Of a stretch of DNA of 64,000 bases, positions 23,065 through 36,870 are shown in pieces. The position numbers and the translations under genes are program-made. The stretch is from NCBI GenBank assembly GCA_043228905.1, contig JBHGNT010000010.1, positions 14,198,001 to 14,262,000 on the forward strand, in the 5' to 3' direction. Position 1 is the stretch's first letter, and each line of letters starts with the position of its first letter. The notes under the pieces were generated by a model that did not search any database, had not been told where the DNA came from, and worked only from the letters and a program-made list of their open reading frames with translations. Source of the stretch: Azolla caroliniana. Its lineage: Eukaryota > Plantae > Polypodiophyta.

Positions 23065-25277
23065 ACGGAAACGATGATACGCCCAAGTTAAATGCGAACT
23101 GTGGGGTATCGTTTCGGTGGTCAAGGCCGACAAAGACTACATGATCAGGATGGAGACGAATTGCCTACCGATCCTCGGTATTGTTTTCGGATGCGCGACT
23201 CCCGACCTGGTGATGCTTAGGTGGATTGCGTACATCAAGTCCTTGAACCCGGAGATATGACACATCTTCGGAAAGGAAAATACCATGGCCGATATGCTGT
23301 CAAGAGTAGGGTTGAAAGGCGACATAGTATCGGAAGACGAAGAAATTGGTGTGGACTTCTTCAAGTCGGCTTGAATGTAAGCGAACAAATGAAGCACTCC
23401 AGCCTTGAACGAGTTCGACGAAGACGACTACAATGGGGAGTGGCTTCTAATTGGAAGGTTCCTAAGCACGATGCAGTTGGACGCATCGCCGACGAAGGAG
23501 GAAGCGAGTCGGATCCGGAAGAAAGCATATAAGTTCTTCCTACGAGACAGGAAGATCTGATGGCATCCAAAGAAGCGAACTGGTACACCACTCCGAATGG
23601 TGACGAAGGAGGAGGAACAATCGGTGCTGATGTCGGAGTTCCACGAGAGTCCTTGGTCTGGACATTGGGGAACGTGGACCACATTCAAAAAGCTCAAGGA
23701 GAGGTACTAGTGGTCGAGGATGTATCGCGATGTGCACCACTTTGTGATGACATGCGAGAGTTGTGAGATACATTCCGGAATCTGACACCGTGATGAGCTA
23801 CACCCAACCTACCCGTTGACCATTCACTTCAAATGGATGGTGGACATAGTGACAATGCCAATGGGGGTTGGGCAGATGCAGTACCTAGTGCTTGCGTGAG
23901 AGGACTTGACGAACCAGGTGGAGGGTCAAGCATTAACGAACAAAACTACTACAGCCATTTTCCGGGTCCTGATCGAAGATGTGATTTGCCGGTACGGGTG
24001 TGTGGGAAAAATTGTGGCCGATTGAGGTGAGTTGGACACGTGAGAAGCTGAGGAGCTGTTCGACCGACTCAGGGACAAGCTCTCCCTCACGGAGGCATAC
24101 AACCTGGAGGCAAATGGAAAGGTCGAAAGAGGGCACGGTCCGATCATCAAGGTGATAGTGGAGGCGTGCAACAGACTAGCCGGAAATTGGCCAAGACTTC
24201 TACCTTTCGCGTTGTGGGCAGATTGAACTACGCATAGTTGGGTGACCAGATACATGCCAGTCGAGCTCATGTTCGGATAGAAGCCAATCATGCCAATGGA
24301 GTGGATAACCTCATGGATGTAAGTTGACTGATCGGATGAGATGAGTCAGGAGGAGCTACTGGCGGCACAGATCCAACAGCTTGAGTGGAGACTAGAAGAC
24401 GTCGAACGAATGAAGGAGTGGATAGAAGAGGCGCAGCTGAAGAGGAAAGGGTTATTGGACCGGACACACTGACTCCGGTCGAAAACGATTAAGGAGGGCG
24501 ACTGGGTGCTGGTCTACAACAACAACCTCGGCAACCAGCACTTGTCGACCCGGAAGTTTGCATGATGGTAGTTTGGGCCGTACGTGGTGACACACGCCAA
24601 TGACAACGCAACATAGCACCTTGTGGAGCTCGACGGAACAAGGTTAGCTGTGCCAGTGGCAGGAAAGCGGATCAAGGCCTTCAAGAAGTAACACGAGCCG
24701 GAACCGGATCCGAAGCTAGAAGATGACGAGACCAACCAAAAGAGGAGCCAGATGAGGGACGGATCAATGACGGATCGGATGCAAACGAGTAAAGGAGGAC
24801 CCGGAATCCCCACACTTCACTAGATCAACACATACCAGAGGATGTGCGGTTTGGTGGGGATGGATGTCATGAAGGATTCCGGCCATATAAAGAAAAAGGA
24901 GCCGGATGCGCGTGAACGGGGATGTGCACAAATGCACATGAAACTATCTTTATGTACAAACATGTGTAAATAACGTAGTACTAGTTTGAGTGTCGGTGAA
25001 TACTAGGTAGGAGTGATTTAATAGGTACTTTATTGTCCCACACGAATAGAGCGGAATAATAGGGATTGTTGAGAGAAAATCGAGGAGAGAATCGGGGACT
25101 GAAAGTAGTTGTCTTCACAGCCTAATGTAACGGCCTCCCTCAGTCCTTGAGGTATTAAAGGAGAGGGAGGAGGTAGAAAAAGGATCCATCATTTTGGAGA
25201 ACGAAGTGTTGTCGGTTTGAGATCTGAAGCTTTGTCATTCCCTCTATTTTCGCTCTGTACTGATTCGGCAAGAAGGT

Positions 25278-25765
25278 TGTTACCGTACGAGACGTACGTG
25301 TGATGGATAAGTGTGATAAGTGAGGGTGAAAGATGTAATGTGTTGATATGTATGTGTAATCTTATACGATTATGAGTGTGAATGTAAGTGTGAGTGTGGT
25401 GGATACAAAGAGGTGTGAGTGAGTGACTAGGTGTGAATGCCCAAGGGGCTCACACCCTTGTGGATCTACCCCTTTGTACCTATTTAACCCCTTATGGGGA
25501 ATGAATGAATAAATGAATAACCATTTCTCTCTCTTTCTCTCTTTGACATATTTCTCTCTCTCTCTCTCTCTCCCCTTATGTTGAACCCCCTTGGGAGGGG
25601 GGTGGAGCCATTCTAGGCACCACCCCCCACCCCTCAATGCTTGTGTTGTTCTTCATGATCTCTCACCATCATCATCACACATACATTATCAATCTACCAT
25701 GATTGTTAACCCTATTCCTATCTTTATCATTATCATCATTAACCCTAACCCTAAATCCTATAACA
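25278..25765 (+). repeat. Solo LTR inserted in the family C LTR
   Basis: TGTTA..TAACA termini, TSD AAGGT, TATA-like CTATTTAA and a (CT)n tract. Confidence 0.85.
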
Positions 25766-26056
25766 AAGGTGAGGCCTCTGCTCGCGTAAGAATCCTGTGT
25801 GCTCCCGACCAGATGTTCATCATTCTCTCTATGTGTGTGTAGAGCTTGAAGCTTTGTTACCGGCCACATCAGGATTGTAACTCTCTCTCTACGTAGAGAT
25901 TAATAGAATATATTTGTTGTTTCCTTTCTAGAGTTTCCGTGTCTTTTGCATTCGGCCTACTCTTATCTTTGTCCCTCGCATCCGTGTGTGCATACTCGAG
26001 TGTGCTAGCCCGTGGACTCGTTGCCCGTTATCTGGAGAGATGCTACGCTTGTCACA

Positions 26057-27610
26057 CTCTCTCTCATTCACATAGTTGCACAGTACAAAAAAATTCACAC
26101 ATAAAGTCTTGCCCTAGTTATCTTTACACTTATACAACTTAGGACTATTTACAAATTTGGCCTAAATAGGCACAACAGAAAACCTATTTACATATGTGGC
26201 CTTTTCCGGATGCCTATTTGGACGTCAATCCAAATCCGGATCTTTCTTTTCTTTCGGATCCGATTGATCCGGCTCGTGTTCTCCTTCCCATCCGGAGGGA
26301 CATGTTTTCCCAACAAATTCCCCCTTCACTCTAGCATGGGGTGCTTCGTCAATCCGACCCGTCTTCGACATGCGTCCAATTTCTCTACCGATAGCACCTT
26401 CGTCAACGTGTCTGATCCATTCTTTGATGTGTGCACCTTCACTAAAGAAAACTCCTTTTCTTCTACCCTCTCCCTGAGCCAACGGTATCTCCATTGGATG
26501 TGCTTAGTCCTCGAGTGGTAGGCGGCATTCTTCGCACGGTGGATGGCACTTTGGTTGTCGTAGTAGAGTCAAAATTCTTCTTATCGAATACCCAACTCTT
26601 CAATGAATTCCATCCAGATTATCTCCTTGCCGGCTTCTGTTGCGGCCATATATTCCGCTTCCGTGGTTGACAACGCCATGACCTTATTCAGCCTTGACTA
26701 TCACAAGACGACACCCCCTGCATCTCCTCCGTCAAACTTCTTCATGAACACGCAATGGTCGACTTGCGTCTTTTGGTATCCTTGGTAGGCCATGAAGGAT
26801 TCGAACTTCTGGTACCATTGTCGGAGCACCTGCTTCAGTCTGTAAAGACTCTTCTTCAACCGACATACCAGCCTCTCCTTTCCCTTCTCGACGAATCCTT
26901 CCGGTTGTTGCATGTATATCTCCTCTTCAAGATTGCCATGTAGGAATGCCATCTTAACATCTAATTGCTTAACTTCAAGATCCATGTTGGCCTCTATGCT
27001 CAACACTGTCCGGATGGATGTCATCTTCACTATAGGGCAAATATTTCATCAAAATCTACACCCTTCTTCTGTTGAAAACCTTTTACGACCATTATGGCTT
27101 TATATTTGGGTGGATTTTTGCCATATCCTCGTTTCAGGTTGTACACCCACTTGTTCTGGAGTGCCCTCTTTCCTTTCGACAACACCGCCAGCTCATACAT
27201 GTGGTTCTCATGCAAGGAATCTATCTCATCCTGCATGACACTCAACCACTTTCTACTATAGTTGTCCCTCTTCGCTTCCTCGAAGATTTCCGGCTCCCCC
27301 TCATAGGTTAGTAGCATATACTCTTTATCCAGAAATCTCCGAGGGGACCTTCTCTCTCTCAGGGGTTATCTCCTGCCTCCATTCGACGTAGTCGGCTCCT
27401 GTTCGACTTCTTCTGTCGGCTCCTCATCCGAGTCTGATTCAGATCCACGTTCGGCCAGTTGGCTCTTGGCTTTGTTGATTATCTGTTCGGCCGATTGGTT
27501 TGTATCCAACTCCCGACTAGCCTCCGACCGATCCAACTCCCAGTCCGAATTCGGTCGATTCCCCTTGTTCTTAAGTCAGTGTTCGACTTCCGACTGGTCG
27601 GGAAGATGTA
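26057..27610 (-). mobile_element. 3' remnant of a family E Copia (RT/RH pieces, PPT, partial 3' LTR ending at 26315)
   Basis: QLDVKMAFLHG, LLTYEGEPE, PPT AGTGAAGGGGGA and LTR start TGTTGGGA..CCCTCCGGATGGGA on the minus strand. Confidence 0.85.
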
Positions 27611-30333
27611 TCTAGAGACTACGTACCAACTTACGTGAACCTTCCGAGTAGAGGGTTTGAAGCATTTGTACCCCTTTTGCTTCAGTGAATATCCTACAAG
27701 GATGCATTTCTCCGACTTGGGATCTAGCTTTTGCAGCTTTTCATCAGGAATGTGCACATATGCAGTTGATTTGAATATCCTTACATGGGATAGATCCAAG
27801 TTTTGTGCGGGGTAACCTTGTGCATGCCGGATGTTGTACACTAGTTCATTAGACGGATGTGCATGTTGCGTCGGCCCAATATTACTTCTGCGTGTGCTTC
27901 TCATTCAACATGGCCCGTGCTACTTCGAGAATGTACTTCTCATTCAACACGGCTGCGTATGTCGACACGAAAATTCTCCTTGTTGAAGGTATTTCGTGAA
28001 TGCATCGGAGAAGTATAGCTTGCTTCCATCTGATTGAAGACATCGTACATACCGACTTGTGGCTTTCTCGACTTCATTCTTAAATTTTTAGAAGTGTTTG
28101 AACACTTCACTCTTTTGCCTCATGGGGAAGATCCATGTGTGCCTGGAGAAGTCTTCAATGAAGGTCACGTTGTCGTGAGGAAAACTGGCCGGTACGAGAC
28201 ATGGAGAGCATTGAAGAGAAATGACGACGGTAGTCCTGGCTCGCAGGAAAAGGTAAAGTAGGTAGGTTACTAGCTGAGCACGGAAATAGAAAGGGTGATG
28301 GACTTGCAAAAGGTCCTCGAAGAATGGATCCTTGACAGCAAGGTGTAGCTATTGTTGAGGGAAGTGCTCGGAATTGCCAAGAAGGAGTTCCACGATTCCA
28401 TCAGGGACTTGGTAAAGCATAAAAGGCTCACGACAGAGACGGAGTCGGAGAAGCCTGTGGAAGTGCGGACGACGCACTTAGAGGACACGACCTTGGAGGA
28501 CGAATTGGCGGAGAGCCACTATTCGAAGTTGCATTAGACAAGGGCTACTACATAGACCCCTGTCCAGATCGGGGATGTTCAGGAGCCGGTGATGGCGTTG
28601 ATAGACCACGGTTCTGAGATAAACCTGATGTCAATGGACTTCCACAGGAACGGGAAATGGCCGATCAACACCAAGCATAGAGGAACTACACGGAGCATGC
28701 CCGAACGTGCGCGTTAAAATCGGAGATGTTGAGATAGATCAACACGTCTTCGTGTAGGAGACATCTTCGCACCCGGTGATACTCGGTGAACCATACATTA
28801 CAACGGCCCGCATGGAGACCAAGGTGCTAGATAACGGTTCGGTGTACGCACGGGTGAAAAGCCAGGACGGGCGTCACTCTGTCCAATTTTTGACAATACG
28901 ACCAAACCATGAGACCCTTGGTAGCGATGGCCGAGGGGATTTTTAGAGAAGGCTATCAAGGCGTGGGGTCGCGATAGTCCGGACACCCTGGGAAAACCCC
29001 ACACATGTACCATAGGGTCGAGGAGCATCTTAGGGCGTGCGGGGCCCTTAGCTCCGACTATGAGATTAGTGGCACCATGGAGGCGGTCTCATTCAACGAC
29101 ACCCTTGGAGAGATTGGGAAGGTTGTCGAAGAAGGCCTGAGTGAAGACCGGGTGATTCCGGTCGGTTCTATGGAAATGTGTGAAATCATTGCGGACCTCG
29201 GGGAGAAGGTCGGGTCGGATCAGACGGCCCGCGTGGATACGAGGTACAAGACTGTGGATCGGAAGGTGAGGCCAGTCGCGACACCCTTACCGGAGGGTAG
29301 CAAGGAGGAGATTAAATGGGTCGCATCAGACCCAAGTTTGTGGAATCTAGCTGGCATATGCACCGGTTCACTGACAAGACGCTACGTGAGCTCAAGATTG
29401 GTGGGGGTGGCTTTCTATTGCCGGCAGAGGAGGACCGATTTCGGAGGATGCTTGGGAGGCACGGGAAGGCCTTCGCATTCTCACTGGAGGAGATCGGGTG
29501 CGTGGACTCGACGATCGTGGAGCCGATTGCTATCTTCACAGTACCGCATGTGTCGTGGAACCTCAAGCCAATTCCGGTACCCAGAGCTCACATCCTGAAG
29601 CTGATGGGGCTACTAAAGCAGAAGGTGGAGATGGGCATCCTCGAGCCGTCGAGTGCCCCGTATTCAAATCGGTGGTTTACGGTGCCAAAGAAGAACGGCA
29701 CATCGCGCTTCATTCAAGACCTGCAGCTAGAGTGACCATTTGAAACATAGGAATCAGACCGACCATTGATGAGTTCGCAGAAGGTCAATCTATTCGGTTG
29801 GCGATCTGTACTCAAGATACGACCAACTCTAGTTAGCCGTAGAGAGTAGAGATATTACGACAATACGGACTCCCCTCGGTTTAGTGCGGATGTGTACCCT
29901 ACATCTCGGACATCACCATGCCCTTCTTGGACGACATTCCGATCAAGGGATGTCCAGTGGAAGATAAGGATGAATCGGTCGGGCCAAACGGATGTTAGAG
30001 GTTTGTGGAGGACCACATTGATGAATGCGAGAAGGTACTACAACGGCTTGAGAGTGCGCGGTTCACCTTCTCTGGAGAGAAGTCGGCTTTTGGGCAATCC
30101 GAAATCTTGGTGGTTGGACACTTGTGCGGGCCTTACGACCGGAAACCGTCTCCGGAAAAGGTGGAGGCCATCTCCGTGATGAAGGAAGAATGCAAGTCGG
30201 TTACCGAGGTCCGGAGGTTCATGGGTGCGTGCGTATTCTAACACATTTGAATTCCGCATTACGCACACGTCGCGGAACCGCTCTACGGGTTGCTGATAAA
30301 GGGGCGTAAGTTCGAATGGAACAAGGAGCACGC

Positions 30334-30970
30334 TGTCGAGGTATTCCTCGCGGATGCGTGGAATGAGGCGGGACCTCGGGGGTCCTGTACCGAAGAGCAA
30401 GAGAGAAAGGAAAAGAGACCCACTAGGTGCGAGCGTAGATTCAAAGGGACACGGCCCTTCGACACAAAGACGCGAGTGGGACAGCGACACGGAGAGACAT
30501 GAATGTATGTATGTATTAACAAACACAACAACAAGAACACGAAAGCAACAAAACACGAAGTCGGTTACAACCGAACAGGCCGGCGAATAGATGCCGATGC
30601 CTGTTCGTAAACGTACAGAAAGAAAGGAGCAGGTTGGAGGTGCTGCCGGAAGCACTCGGGCATTCCTCAGAGCAGCGCGAGCCTCCCGAAACCTGCACAG
30701 AAAGAAGCTATGGAGTTTGCGAGCCAGAGAGAGAGAGAAGCCTTCGCCCACAAACCGACAGCACTTCGTCCTCGACTCTCCGCGATCCCTTCCTTCTCCT
30801 CGTCTCCCTCCTCTTATAGGCAAAAAGGGAGCCGTTTCCTGTTAACTCCCTACCTACCGAATCTGCATGCCTAGGATCTCCTAACTACAACATAAGGCGC
30901 ACGTGCATGAAGAGCCGGTTCCTACGCTCCGGTGCACCGATTCCGCTTGTGGATGGTTTTCTTCACGACA
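30334..30970 (-). repeat. 3' LTR of C1
   Basis: Repeat of 43823-44459, preceded on the minus strand by the PPT-like GGTGGGGGCGGA. Confidence 0.95.
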
Positions 30971-31043
30971 TCCGCCCCCACCTAACCGCGCATCCATCGG
31001 CATGCGCCAAATTGTGTTGGGACGGAGAAAACCGGTCCAGCCT

Positions 31044-33407
31044 TCATTCTCTGCCCGTCGGTTCTTCTTCGGTTTCGGATCGTTCGTCGTCGCGGTCCAG
31101 GTCAACCGGATCCGGCTCGTCGTCGTGACGCTTCTTGAACGCTTTGAGCCGCTTCCCAGCTATCGGTATCGCCATTCTCGTGCCGTCGAGTTCCGCCAGA
31201 TGGTACGTCCCATTGCCGTTGGCGCTTTGTACCACGTAAGGCCCGAACCACCTTCTTGCGAACTTCCGTGTCGCTCGGTGCTGGTTGTCGAGGCTGCTGT
31301 CGTAGACTAGCACCCAGTCACCTTCCTCGATCTTCTTCGGTCGGAGCCGGTGTGTTCGGTCGAACCGGGCTTTGTTCCTCATCCTTGCTTCCCAAAGCTT
31401 TTCCGCAGCCTGCTCCACGTCCTCCGGTCTTCGCTCGAGCTGTCGTATACGCGCCGCCAGCAGTTCCTCCCGGCTCATCTCGTCTCTCCAGTCCACGGTC
31501 GCCCACGAGGAGATCGTACGTTCCATCGGCATGACCGGCTTCTGCCCAAACATGAGCTCTGCCGGCATGAACCCGGTTACCGAACTGTGCGTAGTTCGGT
31601 CAGCCCACAACGCGTAAGGCAGCAGCCGCGGCCAGTTCCCGACTTGACCTCCGCATGCCCGAACTAATGCCTTGACGATCGGTCCGTGTCCACGCTCCAC
31701 CTTTCCATTCGCCTCCGGATTGTACGCAGTGGTAAGCGAGAGCTTGACTCCTAGCCGGTCGAACAGCTCCTCGGCCTCTTCGGCGTCCAACTCCCCGCGA
31801 TCAGCCACGATCTTCCCGACGCACCCGTACCGGCATATCACGTCCTCGATCAGGAACCGACATACGGCTGCAGTCGTTTTGTTCTGAAGGGCCCGGCCTT
31901 CTACCTGGTTCGTCAGATCTTCCCGAGCCAGGACCAGATACTGCATCTGTCCTACTCCCATCGGCATCGTCACCAGGTCTACCATCCATTTGAAGTGGAT
32001 GGTCGGAGGGTACGTAGGGTGAAGCTTGTCCCGATGTCGGACTACGGAGTGCATCTGACAGCTCTCGCAAGTCGTCACGAACCGATGCACGTCCCGGTAC
32101 AGTCCCGGCCACCAGTACTTCCCCTTTATCTTCTCGAACGTGGCCCACGTTCCACGGTGTCCAGCCCAAGGGCTGTCGTGGTAGGCCGTCAGCAGCTCCT
32201 CCTGTTCTTCCTTCATCGCCACCACCCGGGGCGGGACGCCGTTCCTCTTCTTCGGGTGCTTCCATAAGTACCCGTCCCGGAGAAAGAATCGGTAAGCTTT
32301 CTTCCGGATCCGGTTGGCCTCGTCCTTTGTCCATGATGCATCCGGCGTCATTGTCCTCAAAAATCCACCGATCCGGAGCCATTTGCCATCGTACTTGCTC
32401 TCGTCGAAGTCGTTAAGTGCCGGAGTGCTCGTCCCATCGGTCGTCACGTATGCCGCCTCGAAGAACTCCATGCCGACTTCTTCGTCCTCCGAAACCATGC
32501 CGCCCTCGTCATCAAACCTCGCCCTCGAAAGCATGTCGGCCATGGCATTGTCCTTTCCGGAAATGTGCCGTATTTCCGGGCCCAGGGACTTGATGTACGC
32601 TATCCACCTGAGCATCGCCAAGTCCGGTGTCGCGCATCCGGAAACCATGCCGAGAATTGGCAGGCAATCCGTCTCGATAATCACTTCTGTCCCGATCAGG
32701 TAGTCTTTGTCGGCCTTTACTGCCGAAACGATACCCCAGAGTTCGTGTTTAACCTGGGCGTACCCTCGTTGTCGCTCACTGAGGACCTTTGCGCCGAATC
32801 GGATCGGGAACCGAATGCCGTCCTCGTCTTCTTGGTTGACGACCCATCCGATCCCGGTCGGACTCGTATCCACCGTTATGTATACCGGGGTACCCTTCCC
32901 GTAGACAGCCTTCCGGAGCGCCGGTGCTGCCGCAAGAGCTTCCTTCAGCTTCCGGACCGACTCCGTGTGCTCGTCTCGCCACTCGAATTTTCGCCCTTTC
33001 TTCAGCAACCCGTATAGCGGCTCCGCAACGTGGGCGTAATGCAGGATCCATATGTGGTAGAATGCGCATGCCCCCAAGAACCTCCGAACTTCCGTAACCG
33101 AGCTACAGTCGGTCTTCATCGCGGAGATGGCTTCTACCTTTGCCGGCGACGGCTTCCGGCCATATGGTCCACACAGGTGTCCGACCACCAGGATTTCTGA
33201 TTGCCCGAAGGCCGATTTCTCCCCGGAGAAGATGAGCCTCGCATCCTCTAGCCTTTGTAGCACCTTCTCGCAGTCGTCGATGTGTGTTGCCACGAACCGC
33301 CGGCATCCGTCCGGCCCGACTGTCTCGTCCTTCTCTTCCACCGGGCACCCTTTGATAGGGATGTCGTCTAGAAACGGCATGGTGATGTCCGGGATGGAAT
33401 CCCTCAG
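31044..33407 (-). CDS. pol: C1 pol C-terminal part (end of RT, RNase H, integrase)
   Basis: FLDDIPIKG, VDTSPTGIG, HDSPWAGH..CESC, WMVDLV, ADRGE, YNPEANGKVE and GPY. Confidence 0.92.
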   Translation of the reverse strand: MRDSIPDITMPFLDDIPIKGCPVEEKDETVGPDGCRRFVATHIDDCEKVLQRLEDARLIFSGEKSAFGQSEILVVGHLCGPYGRKPSPAKVEAISAMKTDCSSVTEVRRFLGACAFYHIWILHYAHVAEPLYGLLKKGRKFEWRDEHTESVRKLKEALAAAPALRKAVYGKGTPVYITVDTSPTGIGWVVNQEDEDGIRFPIRFGAKVLSERQRGYAQVKHELWGIVSAVKADKDYLIGTEVIIETDCLPILGMVSGCATPDLAMLRWIAYIKSLGPEIRHISGKDNAMADMLSRARFDDEGGMVSEDEEVGMEFFEAAYVTTDGTSTPALNDFDESKYDGKWLRIGGFLRTMTPDASWTKDEANRIRKKAYRFFLRDGYLWKHPKKRNGVPPRVVAMKEEQEELLTAYHDSPWAGHRGTWATFEKIKGKYWWPGLYRDVHRFVTTCESCQMHSVVRHRDKLHPTYPPTIHFKWMVDLVTMPMGVGQMQYLVLAREDLTNQVEGRALQNKTTAAVCRFLIEDVICRYGCVGKIVADRGELDAEEAEELFDRLGVKLSLTTAYNPEANGKVERGHGPIVKALVRACGGQVGNWPRLLPYALWADRTTHSSVTGFMPAELMFGQKPVMPMERTISSWATVDWRDEMSREELLAARIRQLERRPEDVEQAAEKLWEARMRNKARFDRTHRLRPKKIEEGDWVLVYDSSLDNQHRATRKFARRWFGPYVVQSANGNGTYHLAELDGTRMAIPIAGKRLKAFKKRHDDEPDPVDLDRDDERSETEEEPTGRE

Positions 33408-33886
33408 TGTTAAGAGTCTATTACTAATCAATAGACCAAATCAAGTAAAAAGGAAGAAAATAGATTGGATAGAAGAACCCGTTCCACCCGACCACCCCCG
33501 AGCTATGATCTAGACATAGCCAACCTACCACCGACGTCCCATACCGCCGGATATTAGGATGACTAATACCTTGGAAGAGATAAACACGATTGTCGAGACG
33601 AAAGCCTAGCCCGCACCACCGGTGTCTACGACAACAGCCTTCCGACGTGATTCCCTATGAGGGTAGCTAAGCCTCATATTTATACCTTTTCCTAGGCCCC
33701 TTGAATAGATGTGCCTTTCTAAAAGGCTCTCTATTGATTGGTTGTCTAAATCATGATAGTGCATGCACATATCATTCATTCTATCCAATCATTAGTCCCC
33801 TTTTTAATAATAGTGAACATACCCTTCACTAATGTAAATATTAGTGACCTACCCTCACCAACGTTATGTGTACATAACATACTCCC

Positions 33887-36870
33887 CTACTTCAAAAGAT
33901 TGCACTCTTGCAATATAAAGTGAGGAAATTGTGCCTTAAGCGAATGCTCGCGTTCCCATGTGGCATCATCAATAGGTTTATCCATCCATTTGATCTTGAA
34001 TAGCCGAATCTCTTTAGAACGTAAACGTTTAGTACGAGAATCAAGAATTCGTTCAGGAACATGAGGTTTGTAAGAAAAATCCTCTAATGTTACAAGATCT
34101 TGGATTGTGATGGTGTTATCACCAAAGCCTAAAAATGGTTTTAGACGACTGACGTGAAAAACAGGATGAATACCAACGTTACGAGGTAAGGCAAGGTGAT
34201 AAGCAGATGACCCAACTCGCTTAAGGATTTCAAATGGGCCACAATATCGTGGGGCTAACTTAGCGCACTTGCCCGTAGATAATGACGTAGAATCAGTCGG
34301 GACACGCAAAAAAACTTTTTGACCAATAGTAAATGCACGAGGACGTCTATCCTGATCAGCATAAAATCGAGCACGATCTTGAGCTGTCTTGACATTTTCT
34401 TTGGCAATATGCAACATTTGGTTCATGTCTTGCAAAAAATTGCGTGTACTGTCTAATGTATCACGATGAATCGTGACATCAACTGGGGCACGTGGCTGAA
34501 AACCATACATCAACATAAAAGGACTATATCCAGTGGATGTATGTTTAGAGCTATTATAGGCAAATTCTAAGATAGGAAGGTATTGCTCCCACTTAGAAGG
34601 GGTTTTTGCTACATAAGCTCGAAGCATGTCCTCAATAATTTGATTAACTCGTTCAGTTTGTCCATCAGACTGAGGATGATCTGCGGAACTCATGCTCAAC
34701 GTAGTTTCTAGTTTCTTAAAGACCTGAGTCCAAAAGTCACTAGTAAACTTGGAATCTCGATCACTAACAATATCCATCGGTAATCCATAAAAACGAAATA
34801 ACTCATCAACAAATTGATAAGCCAACTGTTGAGCGGTTACCGTGGTTTTTGTAGGAATAAATCTAGCTAATTTTGTTAGCCTGTCAACGACAACCCATAT
34901 GGCATCATGACCCCTCTGTGTACGAGGTAAACTAACAATAAAATCCATCGAGATACTTTCCCATTTATTGTTGGGAATATCTAAGGGATGTAAAAGACCA
35001 GCAGCTTTAAGTCGTTCCGACTTATTAATCTGACATTGTAAGCATTGAGTTACGTATTTATGCACGTCAGAGCGCATCTTAGGCCAGAAAAAAGTACACG
35101 AGATGAGAACGAGTGTGCGTTGTATTCCAGGATGACCAGCAGATGGTGCATCATGACATTCATGAAAAATTTTCTGTTTAACATTTGGTAAATCTGGAAC
35201 ACAGACCTTTCCACTACGGTAGAGCAAACCGTTTGTAATGTGAAAGGTCGCCTTTGAGGGTAGGGTGCTAGTATCGGCATCTAAACCAGATTCGGCTTTC
35301 GTCCAGTATTTTGAGAAATAACTGTCATCAAGGTATTTCCCTCGAAGGTGATCTAAAAGATCAGATTTTATTTCCGTGAAGCTAAGCATGTTAACTTGTT
35401 TAATGCGACTAAGAGCATCAGCAACGGTGTTCATAGAACCCTTGCGATATCGTATGGAAAAATCAAAATCTTGCATAAGGTCAGCCCAATGGCCTTTACG
35501 ACCAACAAGATCGGGCTGGTCACAAAAATACTTTAATGATTGATGGTCTGTTGTAACCACAAATTTATTTCCATAGAGATAGTGCCTCCATGTTTTAAGT
35601 GCGTGTATCACCGCAAACAACTCTTTCTCTTGAACCGAATACCGAGATTGAGCAGCATCAAGCTTCTTACTTTCAAAAGCAATAGGGTGACCACCTTGAT
35701 AAAGAACGGCACCAATAGCATAATCACTAGCATCGGTTTCAATTGAGAAAGGCTTAGAAGGGTCTGGTAATAGAAGAGTGGGAGCCTGACACACATGCTC
35801 CTTGAGTGTCTCAAATGATTTGTCAAGTTGTTCATTCCATGAAACTGGTTTGACAGACTTACGTGGATGACCTTTTAAAAGGTCAGTTAATGGCGTAGTC
35901 AATTTGGAATAGTTACGAATTGATTTTCGTAAAAATCCAACAAACCCTAAGAATGATCTAAGTTCACGAATATTACGAGGAATGGGCCAAAGTTTAACCT
36001 TTTCAATACGAGAAGGTTCAATTTCAACGCCATTTTCTGTAATTAAATGACCTAGGTACACAATAGATTTTTGGAAGAAGTCACATTTTGAATGTTTTGC
36101 ATAGAAAGAGTTGTCATGCAACTTTCGCAAAACAAATCGAACATGTTGAACATGATCTTGCAAGGTACGGCTATATATCAAAATATCATCCAAGAAGACG
36201 ACAACAAAATCACCGAGTTGATCTCGGAAAACATCATTCATCGCTTGTTGGAATGTGGCTGGAGCATTAGTCAACCCAAACGGCATGACTAAAAACTCAT
36301 AATGGCCATAGCGCGTACGAAAAGCGGTTTTAGGAATATCATCCTCGGCGATGCGAATCTGATGATAACCAGTTCGTAAGTCAATTTTCGTAAAATATCG
36401 AGCCCCGTGCAAACGATCAATCAAATCATCGGCACGAGGTAATGGATATGCATTCTTAATTGTCATTTTATTCAAACGGGGATAATTGATACACATTCGC
36501 CACGAACCTTCCTTCTTCTTGACTAATAGAACTGGCGCACCCCAAGGTGATTTACTATACCTAATGTGGCCCATACTCAAGTATTCCTTAAGTTGTTTAG
36601 CAATCTCATCCTCTTCTAATCGACTAAGTCGGTAAGGTGGAATGCTCACAGGAGCAGCCCCAGGGATGAGTTCAATTTGATGGTCCACATTACGTTTAGG
36701 TGGTAAAGTAAGCGGTAATTCAGTAGGAAACACATCTTGAAAATCCTCTAAAATAGAGTCGAGTAATCGCTGCTCAAAATGTGGTAATTGTGTGGCGTCA
36801 ATATTAAAATAATAAAATTGAACCGCAGGATCAATTACACACGAATAAATTAATGAACTAGAATACTCAC
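33887..36870 (-). CDS. pol: D pol: RT, RNase H, integrase and chromodomain
   Basis: APVLLVKKK, FLDD, ETDAS, SISMDF, HPQSDGQTE, GPF and chromodomain PERILD..IKW..DATWE..FP. Confidence 0.95.

Larger units (their letters stand above)
20535..26056 (+). mobile_element. Degenerate, 5'-truncated Gypsy family C copy (RT-RH-INT, PPT, 3' LTR from 24865)
   Basis: Homologous to C1 pol (PHVPWNLKPI, GDLYSGY, FLDEI). GGTGGGGATGGA precedes TGTCATGAAG at 24865. Both outer boundaries are approximate. Confidence 0.85.

Noticed and set aside
25727-25760. Interstitial telomere (AACCCTAACCCTAAA)
   Set aside because: Only two or three degenerate units inside a solo LTR; at most a telo-box.
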